Notes under the pieces: model-generated | Told to the model about the DNA's origin: nothing | Database searches by the model: none | The model's input: the letters and a program-made list of their open reading frames with translations, nothing else | Source of the DNA: an uncultured delta proteobacterium | Lineage (GTDB): Bacteria; Myxococcota_A; Polyangia; Fen-1088 | NCBI GenBank assembly: GCA_963796685.1 | Contig: CAWCMR010000005.1 | Coordinates: forward strand, 128,001-192,000 | Length of the DNA: 64,000 nt | Direction: 5' to 3' | In this document: one piece after another, positions 54,167-64,000 of the stretch | Layout of the letters: each line of letters begins with the position of its first letter | How positions within the stretch are numbered: position 1 is the first letter of the stretch | Program-made: the position numbers and the translations under genes

Positions 54167-54484
54167 ATGCGGCGCCATGACGACACCGCACGCTTCATAG
54201 AACGCTTCGAGGTACTGACCGGGTTTCGCGTGCACTCCACGAGCCTCGAAGGACTGCCGCGCGAGTTTCTCGCCCGCCCGGTCCCTTCACCCGACCTGTT
54301 GGTCGAACAGTACGGCTACGAGCTGGAACCGCGCACCCACAATGCCCTGTGCCGCTTCGAGCCCGGCCGGCAACCGGACCGCTGGACCATCGGCCGCCTG
54401 CTCGAGATCCGCGGCTTCGGCGTGTTCTCGCTGCTCGACCTGCTGGAAGTCCTGGCCAAGCACGGCATCGGCAGCAAGGGCTGA
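54167..54484 (+). CDS. Small protein with an RNA polymerase alpha-CTD-like HhH domain
   Basis: LEPRTHNAL...TIGRLLEIRGFGVFSLLDLLEVLAKHGI parallels the alpha-CTD pattern LSVRxxNxL...LLxxxNFGxKSLxEI. Confidence 0.6.
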   Translation: MRRHDDTARFIERFEVLTGFRVHSTSLEGLPREFLARPVPSPDLLVEQYGYELEPRTHNALCRFEPGRQPDRWTIGRLLEIRGFGVFSLLDLLEVLAKHGIGSKG

Positions 54485-54531
54485 TCCTTCCCCTTGACGT
54501 AGCCCCTGCCCCGCCGGAGGCTGGGGCGCGT

Positions 54532-56751
54532 ATGGATCTTTTCGAGCGCTCTGCCGGCAAGCGTCCGAAAAATGCGACGGACGAGACCCTCGAGGGCACC
54601 CTCGAGCGCATCGTGTTTGCCGGAGCGAGCGGCGAGTTCACCGTGGTGCGGCTCAAGGTCGCCGGGCAGGCAGAGCCGGTCACCGCGGTGGGAAGCTTGC
54701 TGGGCCTTCCCGTGGGCGCCCACCTGCGCACCACCGGCTACTTCGAGAACAATCCGCGCTTCGGTCGGCAGTTCCGCATCGTCTCGTACACCGAGCTGTC
54801 GCCGCAAACCCTCGACGGCATCAAACGCTACCTCGGGGCAGGGCTCATCAAGGGCATCGGTCCCGAATTCGCCAGCCGCATCGTGGCCCGATTCGGGGTC
54901 AGGACCCTGGAGATTCTCGACAGACAGCCGGAGCGCATTCGCGACGTGCCCGGCATCGGACACGCGCGGGCCGAGGCCGTCAAGAAGGCCTGGGTCGCCC
55001 AGCGTGGGCAACGCGAGGTGATGGTGTTTCTGCAAGGCTACGGCGTGTCCCCTGCCCTCGCCGCGCGCATCTACAAGCGCTACGGCGCCGCCGCGGTCGA
55101 ACGCGTGCGCGAAAATCCCTACCGGCTGGCCTTCGATGTCTGGGGCATCGGCTTTCTCTCCGCGGACCGGCTGGCATCGTCGCTTGGCATCGGCAAGGAA
55201 ACCGACATGCGCATCGAGGCCGGAGTGCGCCACGTGCTCGACGAGGCCGGAAGCCAGGGCCACGTCTACCTGCCGCGCGAAAAGCTGACCCAGGATGCGA
55301 GCTTGCGCCTGGAAGTCGACGCAACCTTGGTCGAACCGGCCATCGACAGGCTCGCGCGCCGAGGTGAGATCGCCATCGAGCATGCTGGCGACCAAGTGGC
55401 GGTGTACGAGACCGGCCTGCTGCGCGCCGAGCGCGCCGCCGCCGAGGGCCTGGGCCGCATCCTGCGGGCGCGGTGCGCGGTGCTGCCCGTCGAGCCTGAC
55501 CAAGCCGTCGCCCGCTACGAAAAGGAGGCCAACATTTCCCTCGCGCCTCGCCAGGCCGAAGCCATCCGCCGCGCGCTCGTCGAGCCGCTGCTGGTCATCA
55601 CCGGCGGTCCGGGCGTGGGCAAGACCACCATCGTGCGCGGCATCGTGTCGACGTTTCTGCGTTGCCATCTGCGCGTGGCCCTGGCCGCTCCCACCGGGCG
55701 CGCGGCCAAGCGCCTGCAAGACGCCACGGGCCAGCCCGCCGCCACGCTACACCGCTTGCTCGAATGGCGCCCCAGCGAGGGCATGTTCGGCCGCAATCGC
55801 GACCGGCCCCTGGAGGCGGATCTGTTGGTGGTCGACGAGGCGTCCATGATCGACATCCGCCTGTGCGCGGATCTGGTGGCGGCCCTGGCCGACGGGACGC
55901 GTCTGCTGCTGGTCGGCGACCAGGACCAACTTCCTTCCGTGGGCCCCGGCATGGTTCTGCGCGACACCATCGCCTCCGGCGCGGTCCCGGTGGTTCGCCT
56001 GGACGAGATCTTTCGCCAGGCCGCGCAGAGCCTGATCGTCACCAACGCCCACCGCATTCACAAGGGCGAGCTGCCCGAGATCGGCGGCGCCCCCCCGACG
56101 GGGCCGGACAAGGACACACGCGACTTCTTCTTCCTCGAAAAGGAAGACCCCGCCCTGGCCGCGCAGACCATCCGCGATCTGGTGGCCACCCGCCTGCCCG
56201 GCTACTACGGGTTGTCGCCCTTCGACATCCAGGTGCTGACCCCCATGCACAAGGGCGACCTCGGCGCCATGAACCTCAACCGACTGCTGCAGGAGGCCCT
56301 CTCCGTCGCGGGCGAGCAACTGCAAAGCGGCAGCCGCGTCTTTCGCACCGGCGATCGGGTCATGCAGCTGCGCAACAACTACGACAAGGACGTGTTCAAC
56401 GGCGACGTGGGGCGGGTGCTCCGCGTGGCGCGCGAGGCGGGCGAGCTGGTGGTCACGTTCGACGAGCGCGAGGTGCCCTACGCCAGCGACGAGCTCGACG
56501 AGCTGGCCCTGGCCTACGCCGCCACGGTGCACAAGTCGCAGGGCTCGGAGTACGCCGCGGTGGTGATCCCCATTCATACCCAACACTTCGTCATGCTCCA
56601 GCGTAGCTTGCTCTACACGGCGGTCACGCGCGGCAAGAAGCTGGTGGTGCTGGTGGGCACGCGCAAGGCGCTGGCCATCGCCGTGCGCAACGCCGAGGTG
56701 GCCGAGCGCTGCTCGCGACTGCGGGACAGACTTGCCAGACCGTTGCGTTGA
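54532..56751 (+). CDS. recD2: ATP-dependent RecD2-like helicase
   Basis: Hh[63 protein letters not shown]. Confidence 0.95.
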   Translation: MDLFERSAGKRPKNATDETLEGTLERIVFAGASGEFTVVRLKVAGQAEPVTAVGSLLGLPVGAHLRTTGYFENNPRFGRQFRIVSYTELSPQTLDGIKRYLGAGLIKGIGPEFASRIVARFGVRTLEILDRQPERIRDVPGIGHARAEAVKKAWVAQRGQREVMVFLQGYGVSPALAARIYKRYGAAAVERVRENPYRLAFDVWGIGFLSADRLASSLGIGKETDMRIEAGVRHVLDEAGSQGHVYLPREKLTQDASLRLEVDATLVEPAIDRLARRGEIAIEHAGDQVAVYETGLLRAERAAAEGLGRILRARCAVLPVEPDQAVARYEKEANISLAPRQAEAIRRALVEPLLVITGGPGVGKTTIVRGIVSTFLRCHLRVALAAPTGRAAKRLQDATGQPAATLHRLLEWRPSEGMFGRNRDRPLEADLLVVDEASMIDIRLCADLVAALADGTRLLLVGDQDQLPSVGPGMVLRDTIASGAVPVVRLDEIFRQAAQSLIVTNAHRIHKGELPEIGGAPPTGPDKDTRDFFFLEKEDPALAAQTIRDLVATRLPGYYGLSPFDIQVLTPMHKGDLGAMNLNRLLQEALSVAGEQLQSGSRVFRTGDRVMQLRNNYDKDVFNGDVGRVLRVAREAGELVVTFDEREVPYASDELDELALAYAATVHKSQGSEYAAVVIPIHTQHFVMLQRSLLYTAVTRGKKLVVLVGTRKALAIAVRNAEVAERCSRLRDRLARPLR

Positions 56752-56832
56752 AGCCACGGATGACATGTCCATGAATTGGACAGGTCGCAGCCGAAAGCAA
56801 AACCGCATCCACCCGATGGTAGAGTCGGGCGC

Positions 56833-57897
56833 ATGGACCCCACGCGACTTCGGACCATCGCTTTGCTGGCGGCGACGCTGCTTTGGCTCGTGCCGGGGAG
56901 CGCCCGGGCGGACGCGATTGCCATCCAGCTCGCCACCTCGGTTCACCTCGGCCAGCAGCCGCGCCTCACCATCACGGCCAATCAGACCATCGACCAGGTC
57001 GAGGTTTCCCTCGACCGTGACGACGGCAAGCACGTCGAGGAGACCTTCGGCCCGCTTGCGGTCGGTGCCAGCCACGACGTGCTCTTCGATGCGACACCCG
57101 GCAAGCGACACTACCGCGGGCGCATCGTGTGCGCCGCGGGCAAGCGCAGCTGGACGTCGCAGGTGTCGTTCGACACCGTGGTGGCCGATGAGCTGCGCGT
57201 GTCGCTCGACAGATCCCACGTGGATTTGGCCCACGGCCATCTCGACCTGATGGTGTCGATCCCGGCCGGCAAGATCGAGCTGAAGATCGTGTCGGCCGCC
57301 GATGGCGCCACCCTGCTCGAGCGCACGCAGACGTTTGCCGATCACGACAGCAACGCGCCCTTGTCGGTGCAATGGGAGCCACCCTCCAAGGACGGGTCCG
57401 GGAAGGCTGTCGAAATCGGCCGCATCGACGTGCGCGTGGTCGATCCCGCCGGCGCCTTTCACCTGACCTCGCTCTATCCGTGGTCCATCACCATCCCTCA
57501 CCAGGAGGTCCATTTTGCGACCGACTCGGCGGCCATCGCACCCGGCGAGGCCCCCAAGCTGCGGGCGAGCCTGGCCAAGATCGACGAGGTGCTCGCCAAG
57601 CACCTGGATTTCGGGCCCATCAAGCTCTTCATCGTCGGTCACACCGACACGGTGGGTTCGGCCAAGCACAACCTCGAGCTTTCGCTCCGGCGCGCGCAGG
57701 CCATCGCGGGCTGGTTCCGCAAAGGCGGGCTCACGCTGCCCATCCTGTACGAAGGCTTCGGCGAGCAGGCCCTCCTCGTCGCCACGCCCGACAACACCGA
57801 TGAACCGCTCAATCGCCGCGTCGACTACATCCTGTCCGTCGAGGATCCGGTGTTGCCCGCCAGCGACTTCCGGCCGAGCTGGAAGTCGCTCGAATAA
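56833..57897 (+). CDS. Exported OmpA-domain protein
   Basis: Signal ending ARA; HFATDSA, GHTDTVG, LSLRRA, GFGE, NRRVD. Confidence 0.88.
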   Translation: MDPTRLRTIALLAATLLWLVPGSARADAIAIQLATSVHLGQQPRLTITANQTIDQVEVSLDRDDGKHVEETFGPLAVGASHDVLFDATPGKRHYRGRIVCAAGKRSWTSQVSFDTVVADELRVSLDRSHVDLAHGHLDLMVSIPAGKIELKIVSAADGATLLERTQTFADHDSNAPLSVQWEPPSKDGSGKAVEIGRIDVRVVDPAGAFHLTSLYPWSITIPHQEVHFATDSAAIAPGEAPKLRASLAKIDEVLAKHLDFGPIKLFIVGHTDTVGSAKHNLELSLRRAQAIAGWFRKGGLTLPILYEGFGEQALLVATPDNTDEPLNRRVDYILSVEDPVLPASDFRPSWKSLE

Positions 57898-58062
57898 CGC
57901 CATGAGCTTGGCATGAATGGTTCCCCGGATCTCGATCCGAACCCCTCATTCCTCATCCGTCTCAGTGTTCTCTGTGTCCTCTGTGGTTGGAATCCGGAAA
58001 TTGCTCGGGTTTCAAACCGTTCGGTGCTCGAGGGAAAGGGGCCGACGTCGACGGTGAAGCGA

Positions 58063-58122
58063 CGCCCCCTCTCCCGCCGCGCTACGCGCGTCGGCCTCTC
58101 CCCGCTCGCGCGGGGCGAGGCG
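58063..58122. repeat. REP-like palindromic element between convergent genes
   Basis: CCCCTCTCCC followed by hairpin GCCTCTCCCCGC-TCGC-GCGGGGCGAGGC (58094-58121); CTCTGTG-type 9-mer repeats nearby at 57961-57988. Confidence 0.6.
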
Positions 58123-58169
58123 GAAGATCTTGGCACTCGACCCGACATCATCCTTGGCGCCGACGCCTC

Positions 58170-60557
58170 TTATCGCTCTGCGCCTGCGCTCCTGGCCGCC
58201 GGTTTGCCCGCGCCGCCCGCAAGCCAGAACAGGCCGAGCAAGAGCAGCGATGCCAAACTGACGAACGCACCCGCGCCGAGCCCGGGCGTGCGAAATGCGA
58301 GGACGATGCGATGCGAGCCCGCCTCGATGGGCAGGGCGCGCATGATGAGGTTGGCGCGTAAGAGCCGCGCCGGCCGGCCGTCGACGGTGGCCTGCCAGCC
58401 GGGGTCGTATTGCTCGACGAAAACGGCCAGACTGCGCTCCTTGGCGGAACACAGCGCGACCAGCCTATTGTTGCCGTACGATTCGAGCGTGCATGTGCCC
58501 CCGCGGCCGGGTGGCGCGGGGAATTCGGGCGCGGCGGCGACGGGCGCCAACCACACGCTCTTGCCCGCCACGATGTCGGGTTCGTAGATGCGGCGCAGAG
58601 CCTCGTCGTCGGACACGACTTGCGCATGGCGAGCCAGGAACACGCGTGGCAGCGCGCCCGGCACGTGATACAGGCGCGCGCCTGGCAAGGGATCCATGAG
58701 CGGCTCCAATCCCGGCCGATCGTTCTTGGCCGCGCCTGGATCGCGCACGGGCAGAATCGTGTAGTCGGCGCCGAGCAATCTCAGGGCGCTCTGTCCGACG
58801 GGAAGACCGGCTTCCCACACCCTGTCGGCCAGCGCGGGAATGGCCGCATCGTAGCCGGGCAGCGTGGCGATGCCCCACGCGTTCGCGGTGTTGGTCACCA
58901 GGGTGGTGGTCAGGCGGTATTCGCCCTCGGCATTCGAATTCGCCGGCACCCACGTCTTGACGGTCTCGTCGATCTGGTTCGAGCGATAGAGGCGCGGGGG
59001 AGCCGTCGGTTCGGAACGACGGTCGAGCGCGAGGCGCGCGGCGGGCGGAACGTGACTGGCGATCCGGCGAGGACCGAATCCCTGCAAGGGCCACGCGGCC
59101 GAAGCAAGGTCGAGGGCGACAATCACCACCAGCAGCACGGGCGCCAGCGAGGAGGCGCGATGGGCGAGCACGTGCACGGCGAGCACGCCGAGGGTGGCCA
59201 GGCCTCCGAGCAGGGCGCCGTGAACCGCGAAGACCACCCACACCGGCGGAAACGTCAGGGCCGAGACCACGCCAAAGGCGACGATGAGCAGGAGCAGCAC
59301 GCAGGTGCGACGCCACGGCTGCCGCTCGTCCGAGAGAATACGCCGCGCGCCCAGGCTGGCCAGGAGTGCCAGGAGGACCACGACGAGGACCATGTACTTT
59401 TCGGGATAGCGCATGTAGGCCAGCGGAAACACCACGCGCCGGAACACCGCGTGCGCGGGCGTGTACTTGCCGAACGCCAGCACCAACGCGACGGTCGCGA
59501 GACCGCCGAGGGCCAGCGCCAGCCTGCGCCGGCGGCCAAACGCCGCCAACGCGAGGGCGAGCACGCTCGCCCCCATGTACATGCTGTACGAGAGGGGCAG
59601 CCCGTCCAGACGCCGCTCACCGACGATGGACGCTGCGGGGAAGACTCCGTAGGCATCGCCCATGGACTGGGGAAGCGCGAGCTCGAGCAAGCGCAGCGGG
59701 TGCAGCGAACAGGATTCCGCGATGGCGCGCGCGAGCGGTGCGGCCCGCTCGGTACTGCCGAGGAGCATGCGGGCCGGCAGGATCACGACGGCGCCCACGC
59801 CGAAGGCGAGCACCACCGCGGCAGCGGCGGCGGCAAGCCAGCGCGGGCGTGCGCCGGGCCGTGACGGATCCGCGCGACGCTCGACCGTGTGGAGAACCAG
59901 GGCGAACAGGACGCCGAAACCGGCGCCGATCATGGCCAGGAAGACCTCGCCGAGAAGCACGGCCAAGACGCTGGGCAGAGCGGCTTTCACCAGACCTCGG
60001 CGCCAGGCTGTCCCACCCGCGCGCAGGCTGTCGAGCAAGGCGACCTGTCCGACCGCGGCCCAGGGGATCCATGCGTCGGCGAAGAGCAGCAGGCCCGACG
60101 TCCACTGGGCCGTGGTGTAACCCGAAAGCCCCCAGGCCAGGCCGGCGATGACGATGGCCTTCGTGGAACCGCCCAAGCGCCGTGCCAGCCAGCACACGCC
60201 GGCCGCCCCCCACGCCATGTGCGCAAAGCACTGCCAGTTGAGCATGCTCGCTCCCCAGCCCGGCCCGACGAGAAGAAACAGCCAGTTGGGCGGATAGAAG
60301 ACGCCGTAGAGCGGATCGCCGAACACCGGAAAACCCAGCCCCTGGTAGGGATTCCAGCCTGGAAACTCGCCGTGCAAGAGCGTCGCGCGCAAGAAGGCAC
60401 GCGCGGGAAAATTCCAGTGTGCGATGTCGCGAAAAAACAGGATCTTGCCGAAAAAGAGCGGCAGGTAAGCCACGCACAGGATCCCCAGAACCCACAAGAA
60501 CGGCCGCCACGGCCACCGCCGCGGGGCTTCGTCGGTATGGGGGGCTGGCGCGGCCAC
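58170..60557 (-). CDS. YfhO-family (GT-C-like) membrane protein
   Basis: WNPYQGLGFP..DP..GVFYPPN, many TM helices, RYPEK, YDPGWQATVDG, AN..MRA. Confidence 0.88.
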   Translation of the reverse strand: MAAPAPHTDEAPRRWPWRPFLWVLGILCVAYLPLFFGKILFFRDIAHWNFPARAFLRATLLHGEFPGWNPYQGLGFPVFGDPLYGVFYPPNWLFLLVGPGWGASMLNWQCFAHMAWGAAGVCWLARRLGGSTKAIVIAGLAWGLSGYTTAQWTSGLLLFADAWIPWAAVGQVALLDSLRAGGTAWRRGLVKAALPSVLAVLLGEVFLAMIGAGFGVLFALVLHTVERRADPSRPGARPRWLAAAAAAVVLAFGVGAVVILPARMLLGSTERAAPLARAIAESCSLHPLRLLELALPQSMGDAYGVFPAASIVGERRLDGLPLSYSMYMGASVLALALAAFGRRRRLALALGGLATVALVLAFGKYTPAHAVFRRVVFPLAYMRYPEKYMVLVVVLLALLASLGARRILSDERQPWRRTCVLLLLIVAFGVVSALTFPPVWVVFAVHGALLGGLATLGVLAVHVLAHRASSLAPVLLVVIVALDLASAAWPLQGFGPRRIASHVPPAARLALDRRSEPTAPPRLYRSNQIDETVKTWVPANSNAEGEYRLTTTLVTNTANAWGIATLPGYDAAIPALADRVWEAGLPVGQSALRLLGADYTILPVRDPGAAKNDRPGLEPLMDPLPGARLYHVPGALPRVFLARHAQVVSDDEALRRIYEPDIVAGKSVWLAPVAAAPEFPAPPGRGGTCTLESYGNNRLVALCSAKERSLAVFVEQYDPGWQATVDGRPARLLRANLIMRALPIEAGSHRIVLAFRTPGLGAGAFVSLASLLLLGLFWLAGGAGKPAARSAGAER

Positions 60558-60622
60558 GCGAGACGATTAGAACATAACTACGGAGTCGCAGACGACCTTC
60601 TGCGGCCATCGCGGGAGCGCGG

Positions 60623-61739
60623 TTAGATCACCTGGCCGCCCGCGCGCGTGGCGGCAAGGGTGCCGCAGGCCGCACCGATGTCGCTGCCGCCGGCATAGCG
60701 GCGGACCATTGGGATGGAGAAACGGGACAGCTCGTCGCGGAAGTCGCGCACCTCGGACTCGCTGGGCGGCTCGAAGCGACCGCTCGAATCGTTGACCGCG
60801 ATGAGGTTCACCTTCACCCGCACGCCGGCAAAAAGCTGGGCCAGGTCGCGCGCAGCCTGCCGGCCCATGTTCACGCCTGCCACGCCCACGTAGGCCAGGG
60901 TCACGCGCGCCTTGCTGACCGCCGCGTGCTCGCGCACCGCCTTGGCCAGCTCGTCGAGCGGCCAGCGCTCCTCGATGGGCATGAGCGGCAAGCGCACCGC
61001 GCGCGTGGGCGCGGCCAGCGAAACGATGAGGCGAAAGCGCTCTTTCTCGGCGGTGAAACGCCGGATGGCCGGCACGATGCCCGCGGTGGAAATGGAAATG
61101 GCGTCGGCCGAGATGGCCGGGCCGGCGGGGTGGCAAAGCACCCGCGCCGTGGCCATGACGTGGTCGTAGTTGAGCAGCGGCTCGCCCATGCCCAGGAAAA
61201 GAACGCCGCGAACGGGATGGTCGGCTTCGCGCGCAATGGCCTGCACCTGGGCCAGCATTTCCCAGGTCGCGAGGTTGCGCGAGAACCCCAGCTTGCCGGT
61301 GGCGCAGAAGGCGCAGGCCAGGGCGCAGCCGACTTGCGAGCTGATGCACACGGTGTACTTGGCAGTGGGCAGCGCGACCAGGCCCTCGGCCTCGCCGCGC
61401 CGACGCTTTTCCTTGAGCGCGCGTGCGTCCACCGGATCGGGCAACGGGATGCGCACGGCCTCGATTTGTCCGCCATCAGAAAGGCGGAATAGGTATTTGA
61501 CGAAGCCGTCCTCCGCGCGCCGCCGTTCGACGATCTCGAGCTTCCGGGTAGCATGTTTCGCCCGCCAGCGCTCGACGCACGTCCGCCGGCAGCTGCTCGA
61601 CGTCGTCGAGGCTCGTCGCCCACTGGGCGTGCACGCGCGCGAACACCTTGCGCGCCACGCGCTCGCCCACGCCGTAGCCCGCGAGCGCTTGGCGCATCGC
61701 CGGCCAGTCCAGATCGCGCAAAATCAACGGGCCGGCCAA
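60623..61739 (-). CDS. RlmN/Cfr-family radical SAM RNA methyltransferase (+1 frameshift near 61542)
   Basis: CISSQVGCALACAFCATG, GMGEP, DIGAACG. ORF 61476..61739 joins via YPE/LEIVERRRAEDGFVKYLF when one base is removed. Confidence 0.85.
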
Positions 61740-61829
61740 GCCCTACCCCCTCGACAACCGCAAGTCGTGCCCGTGCCCGTGGCCGTGCCCGACCAAGATC
61801 ACGACGTCCGCAGCCATGGTCATCACCTC

Positions 61830-63134
61830 TCAGCGACCGTTGCCGTCGCGCGAGTGCAGCAGGTCGAGCGGCGGTGCTTCGCTCTCGACTACGTAGCCAA
61901 ACTCGCGTTTGAACTCTTCGGCCGATTTCTTGGGATTGCACACCGAACCGAACAGGGTCAGCACGGCCGGCTCATCGAAGTCGTCACGGCGCAAACGGAT
62001 CATGTAACGGCGGGCGATGGCGTAGCGGGTGGACTTGATGTCCACCATGCGCACGCGCGTGCGGCCGGTCTGCGGGTCGAGTAGATCGGCGAAGGGGATG
62101 GGCACGAAGTTCCCGGCTTGCAGCGAAACCATGGCGGCATTGCCGCCCGAGAACAGGAACTTGGCCGCGCAGTAGCCGAGATCGCGCGTGTATTCCATGT
62201 CGTAGGGCACGGGGTCGGCGCAGCGCAGCTCGTAGCCGATGTCCTTGGAGATGACGGTGACCTTGGCCACGCCGAGGTCGCGTAGCCTGATGTTCACGGC
62301 CTTCTTGAGGCCGTCGCCGAGGTTGAGCTCGGACACGCGAATGTGGCCGTGCTCGTCGCGCTCGATGTTGCCCAGGCGTTTGATGTCGTCCTCGGGCAAG
62401 GCCTCGGCCAGGCCCTCGGCCAACACCGCCACGCCGTAGCGCCGCCCCTCGGCCAGGCGCTTGATGATCGCGCCGGCCAGGATGTCGACCAGGATGCGCA
62501 GGGTCGGCTTGTGGCGCGGGAATTCCTCCGGGATCACGGTCAGGGTCGCGCCCGCGGCCTTGCCGATGCCGAGCGCCAGGTGGCCGGCCTTGCGCCCCAT
62601 GGCCACCACGAAGTACCAGCGCGAGGTGGTCTTGGCGTCGACCATCAGGTTCTTGACCAGCTCGACGCCGAGGTGGCGGGCGGTGTTGTAGCCGAAAGAA
62701 TCCACCGACGGGTCGAGGTCGAGATCGTTGTCGATGGTCTTGGGCACGTGCACGATGCGCAGCTTGCCCGCCGCCTTCTCGGACACCTTCATCGCCGAGT
62801 AGGCGGTGTCGTCGCCGCCGATGGTGATGAGCTGGGTAATCCCCAGACGCTGCAGCGAATCCACCACCATGACGAGATCCTCGTCCTTGGTGGTCGGGTT
62901 GGCGCGCGAGCTGCCCAGAAACGAGCCGCCGCTGAAGTGGATGCGGCTGACATCGCCGAGCAGCAAGGGGCGGATGTCCTCCAGGCGACCTTTCATGAGG
63001 CGATCGAACCCGTCGCGAATGCCGAGCACCTCCACGCCTTGCAAAAGGGCGCGGATGGTGGCGGCGCTGATCACGCTGTTGATGCCGGGCGCGGGACCAC
63101 CCCCGACCAGAATGCCGAGTTTCGTTTTGGGCAC
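61830..63134 (-). CDS. pfp: Pyrophosphate-dependent phosphofructokinase
   Basis: GGGPAPGIN, GGDDT (Asp typical of PPi-dependent enzymes), PKTIDND, MGRKAG, GYELRC. Confidence 0.92.
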   Translation of the reverse strand: MPKTKLGILVGGGPAPGINSVISAATIRALLQGVEVLGIRDGFDRLMKGRLEDIRPLLLGDVSRIHFSGGSFLGSSRANPTTKDEDLVMVVDSLQRLGITQLITIGGDDTAYSAMKVSEKAAGKLRIVHVPKTIDNDLDLDPSVDSFGYNTARHLGVELVKNLMVDAKTTSRWYFVVAMGRKAGHLALGIGKAAGATLTVIPEEFPRHKPTLRILVDILAGAIIKRLAEGRRYGVAVLAEGLAEALPEDDIKRLGNIERDEHGHIRVSELNLGDGLKKAVNIRLRDLGVAKVTVISKDIGYELRCADPVPYDMEYTRDLGYCAAKFLFSGGNAAMVSLQAGNFVPIPFADLLDPQTGRTRVRMVDIKSTRYAIARRYMIRLRRDDFDEPAVLTLFGSVCNPKKSAEEFKREFGYVVESEAPPLDLLHSRDGNGR

Positions 63135-63249
63135 CTCTTCTCCTCCTTCGCCGTTGCCGGCTGTCTATCGGACCTGAAGCCGGGCAGGCCTGTATCCGGG
63201 GTCTGAATCGCGGCCGGAACCTAGCACAAGCAGCCTCGCGTGGTGTGGG

Positions 63250-63888
63250 TCACCAACCGCTTCGCATCGGTTCTTTCCTCACCGGAGGGCTGTGCGCCTG
63301 GTCAGGCTCCGGCGCAGGCTCACCCAAGGTGCGCAGTTGGCGTTCGATCTGATTGCGAACCCGCGGCGCGGTCTCCACGGCGAGCTGCCGGCGCAGCACC
63401 GTCGCCGCGTTCTCTGCGCGGGTGAGGCCGATGCCGATGGCCGCGTCGAGGCGGACTTCAGCGTCCTCGTTCTCGAAGAGCTGGGCCAACTTTTGTGCCG
63501 TGGCGTCCCCGCCCATCCATCCCAACCAGCCGAGCGCGACGGCGGCCCGGCGAACGATCAGGCGATCGGTGGCATCGCTGGCTTTGGCTTTGCCCTCGAC
63601 GAGCTTGCTCAGAAAGACATACACGCCGTGCGAAGGCACCAGGCGCAACGCAGCCACCGCCCGCGCTCGAATGAGCCCCTGGGCGCGCGTGTCCGAGGCG
63701 ATGTCCATCAGGGCGTCCTCGGGCGCCTTGGCCAGCGCACGCAGCTCGGCGGCCACGGCCACGTCGTGGGTAGCGAGATAGGCTTCGCACCGCACGCGGC
63801 CGTCGCCGGCCTTGCCCCCGTCGGGGGCCGATGCGGCTGGCACAGCGACCAGGGTGGAAAGCACGATGGCAAGGCACGTCAGAGGCAC
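63250..63888 (-). CDS. Exported HEAT-repeat protein
   Basis: Signal peptide; repeats IRARAVAAL, VRRAAVALG, VRLDAAIGIG. Confidence 0.8.
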   Translation of the reverse strand: MPLTCLAIVLSTLVAVPAASAPDGGKAGDGRVRCEAYLATHDVAVAAELRALAKAPEDALMDIASDTRAQGLIRARAVAALRLVPSHGVYVFLSKLVEGKAKASDATDRLIVRRAAVALGWLGWMGGDATAQKLAQLFENEDAEVRLDAAIGIGLTRAENAATVLRRQLAVETAPRVRNQIERQLRTLGEPAPEPDQAHSPPVRKEPMRSGW

Positions 63889-63946
63889 GGTGAGACGCTA
63901 GCACAGACCTTAAGGTATAGTGCGCCTCAACTCGATGGAGGCCTCC

Positions 63947-64000
63947 ATGCATCGTTGCACGCGCATGTTCCAGTTGATTTTCGTCACCAGCTTCGCTTTT
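63947..64000 (+). CDS. 5' end of an unknown gene running off the window
   Basis: GGAGG RBS, then ATG and an open, signal-peptide-like frame to the window end. Confidence 0.5.
   Translation, partial: MHRCTRMFQLIFVTSFAF

Overview
High-GC bacterial chromosomal window, inferred to be Myxococcota from giant TPR proteins, fibro-slime and Cys-rich lipoproteins, a PEGA kinase and a sigma-54 activator. From left to right: an SgmX-like TPR 3' end and a ~2,645-aa TPR giant (1-9.4 kb); tRNA-Leu(GAG) followed by a decayed accessory region with gene fragments, integron-cassette-like remnants, lipoproteins and a candidate structured RNA (9.5-18.9 kb); an NtrC-type regulator, MscS, a repeat membrane protein and an OmpA/MotB lipoprotein; an alpha-glucan/trehalose cluster (malQ-glgB-glgE, divergent treS-mak, treZ-treY) that also holds a DxD-less glycosyltransferase, a MITE and a pseudokinase; a cation/H+ antiporter; a SIR2-like/TPR protein with degenerate motifs; a porin plus variant PII; a stand-alone alpha-CTD-like protein; recD2; OmpA; YfhO; an RlmN-like radical SAM gene; PPi-PFK; and a HEAT protein. 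Five of six apparent +1 frameshifts in otherwise intact genes lie in or next to a GAGCTC site, which suggests methylation-linked read errors rather than real pseudogenes. All family calls come from motif recognition by eye; no database searches were run.
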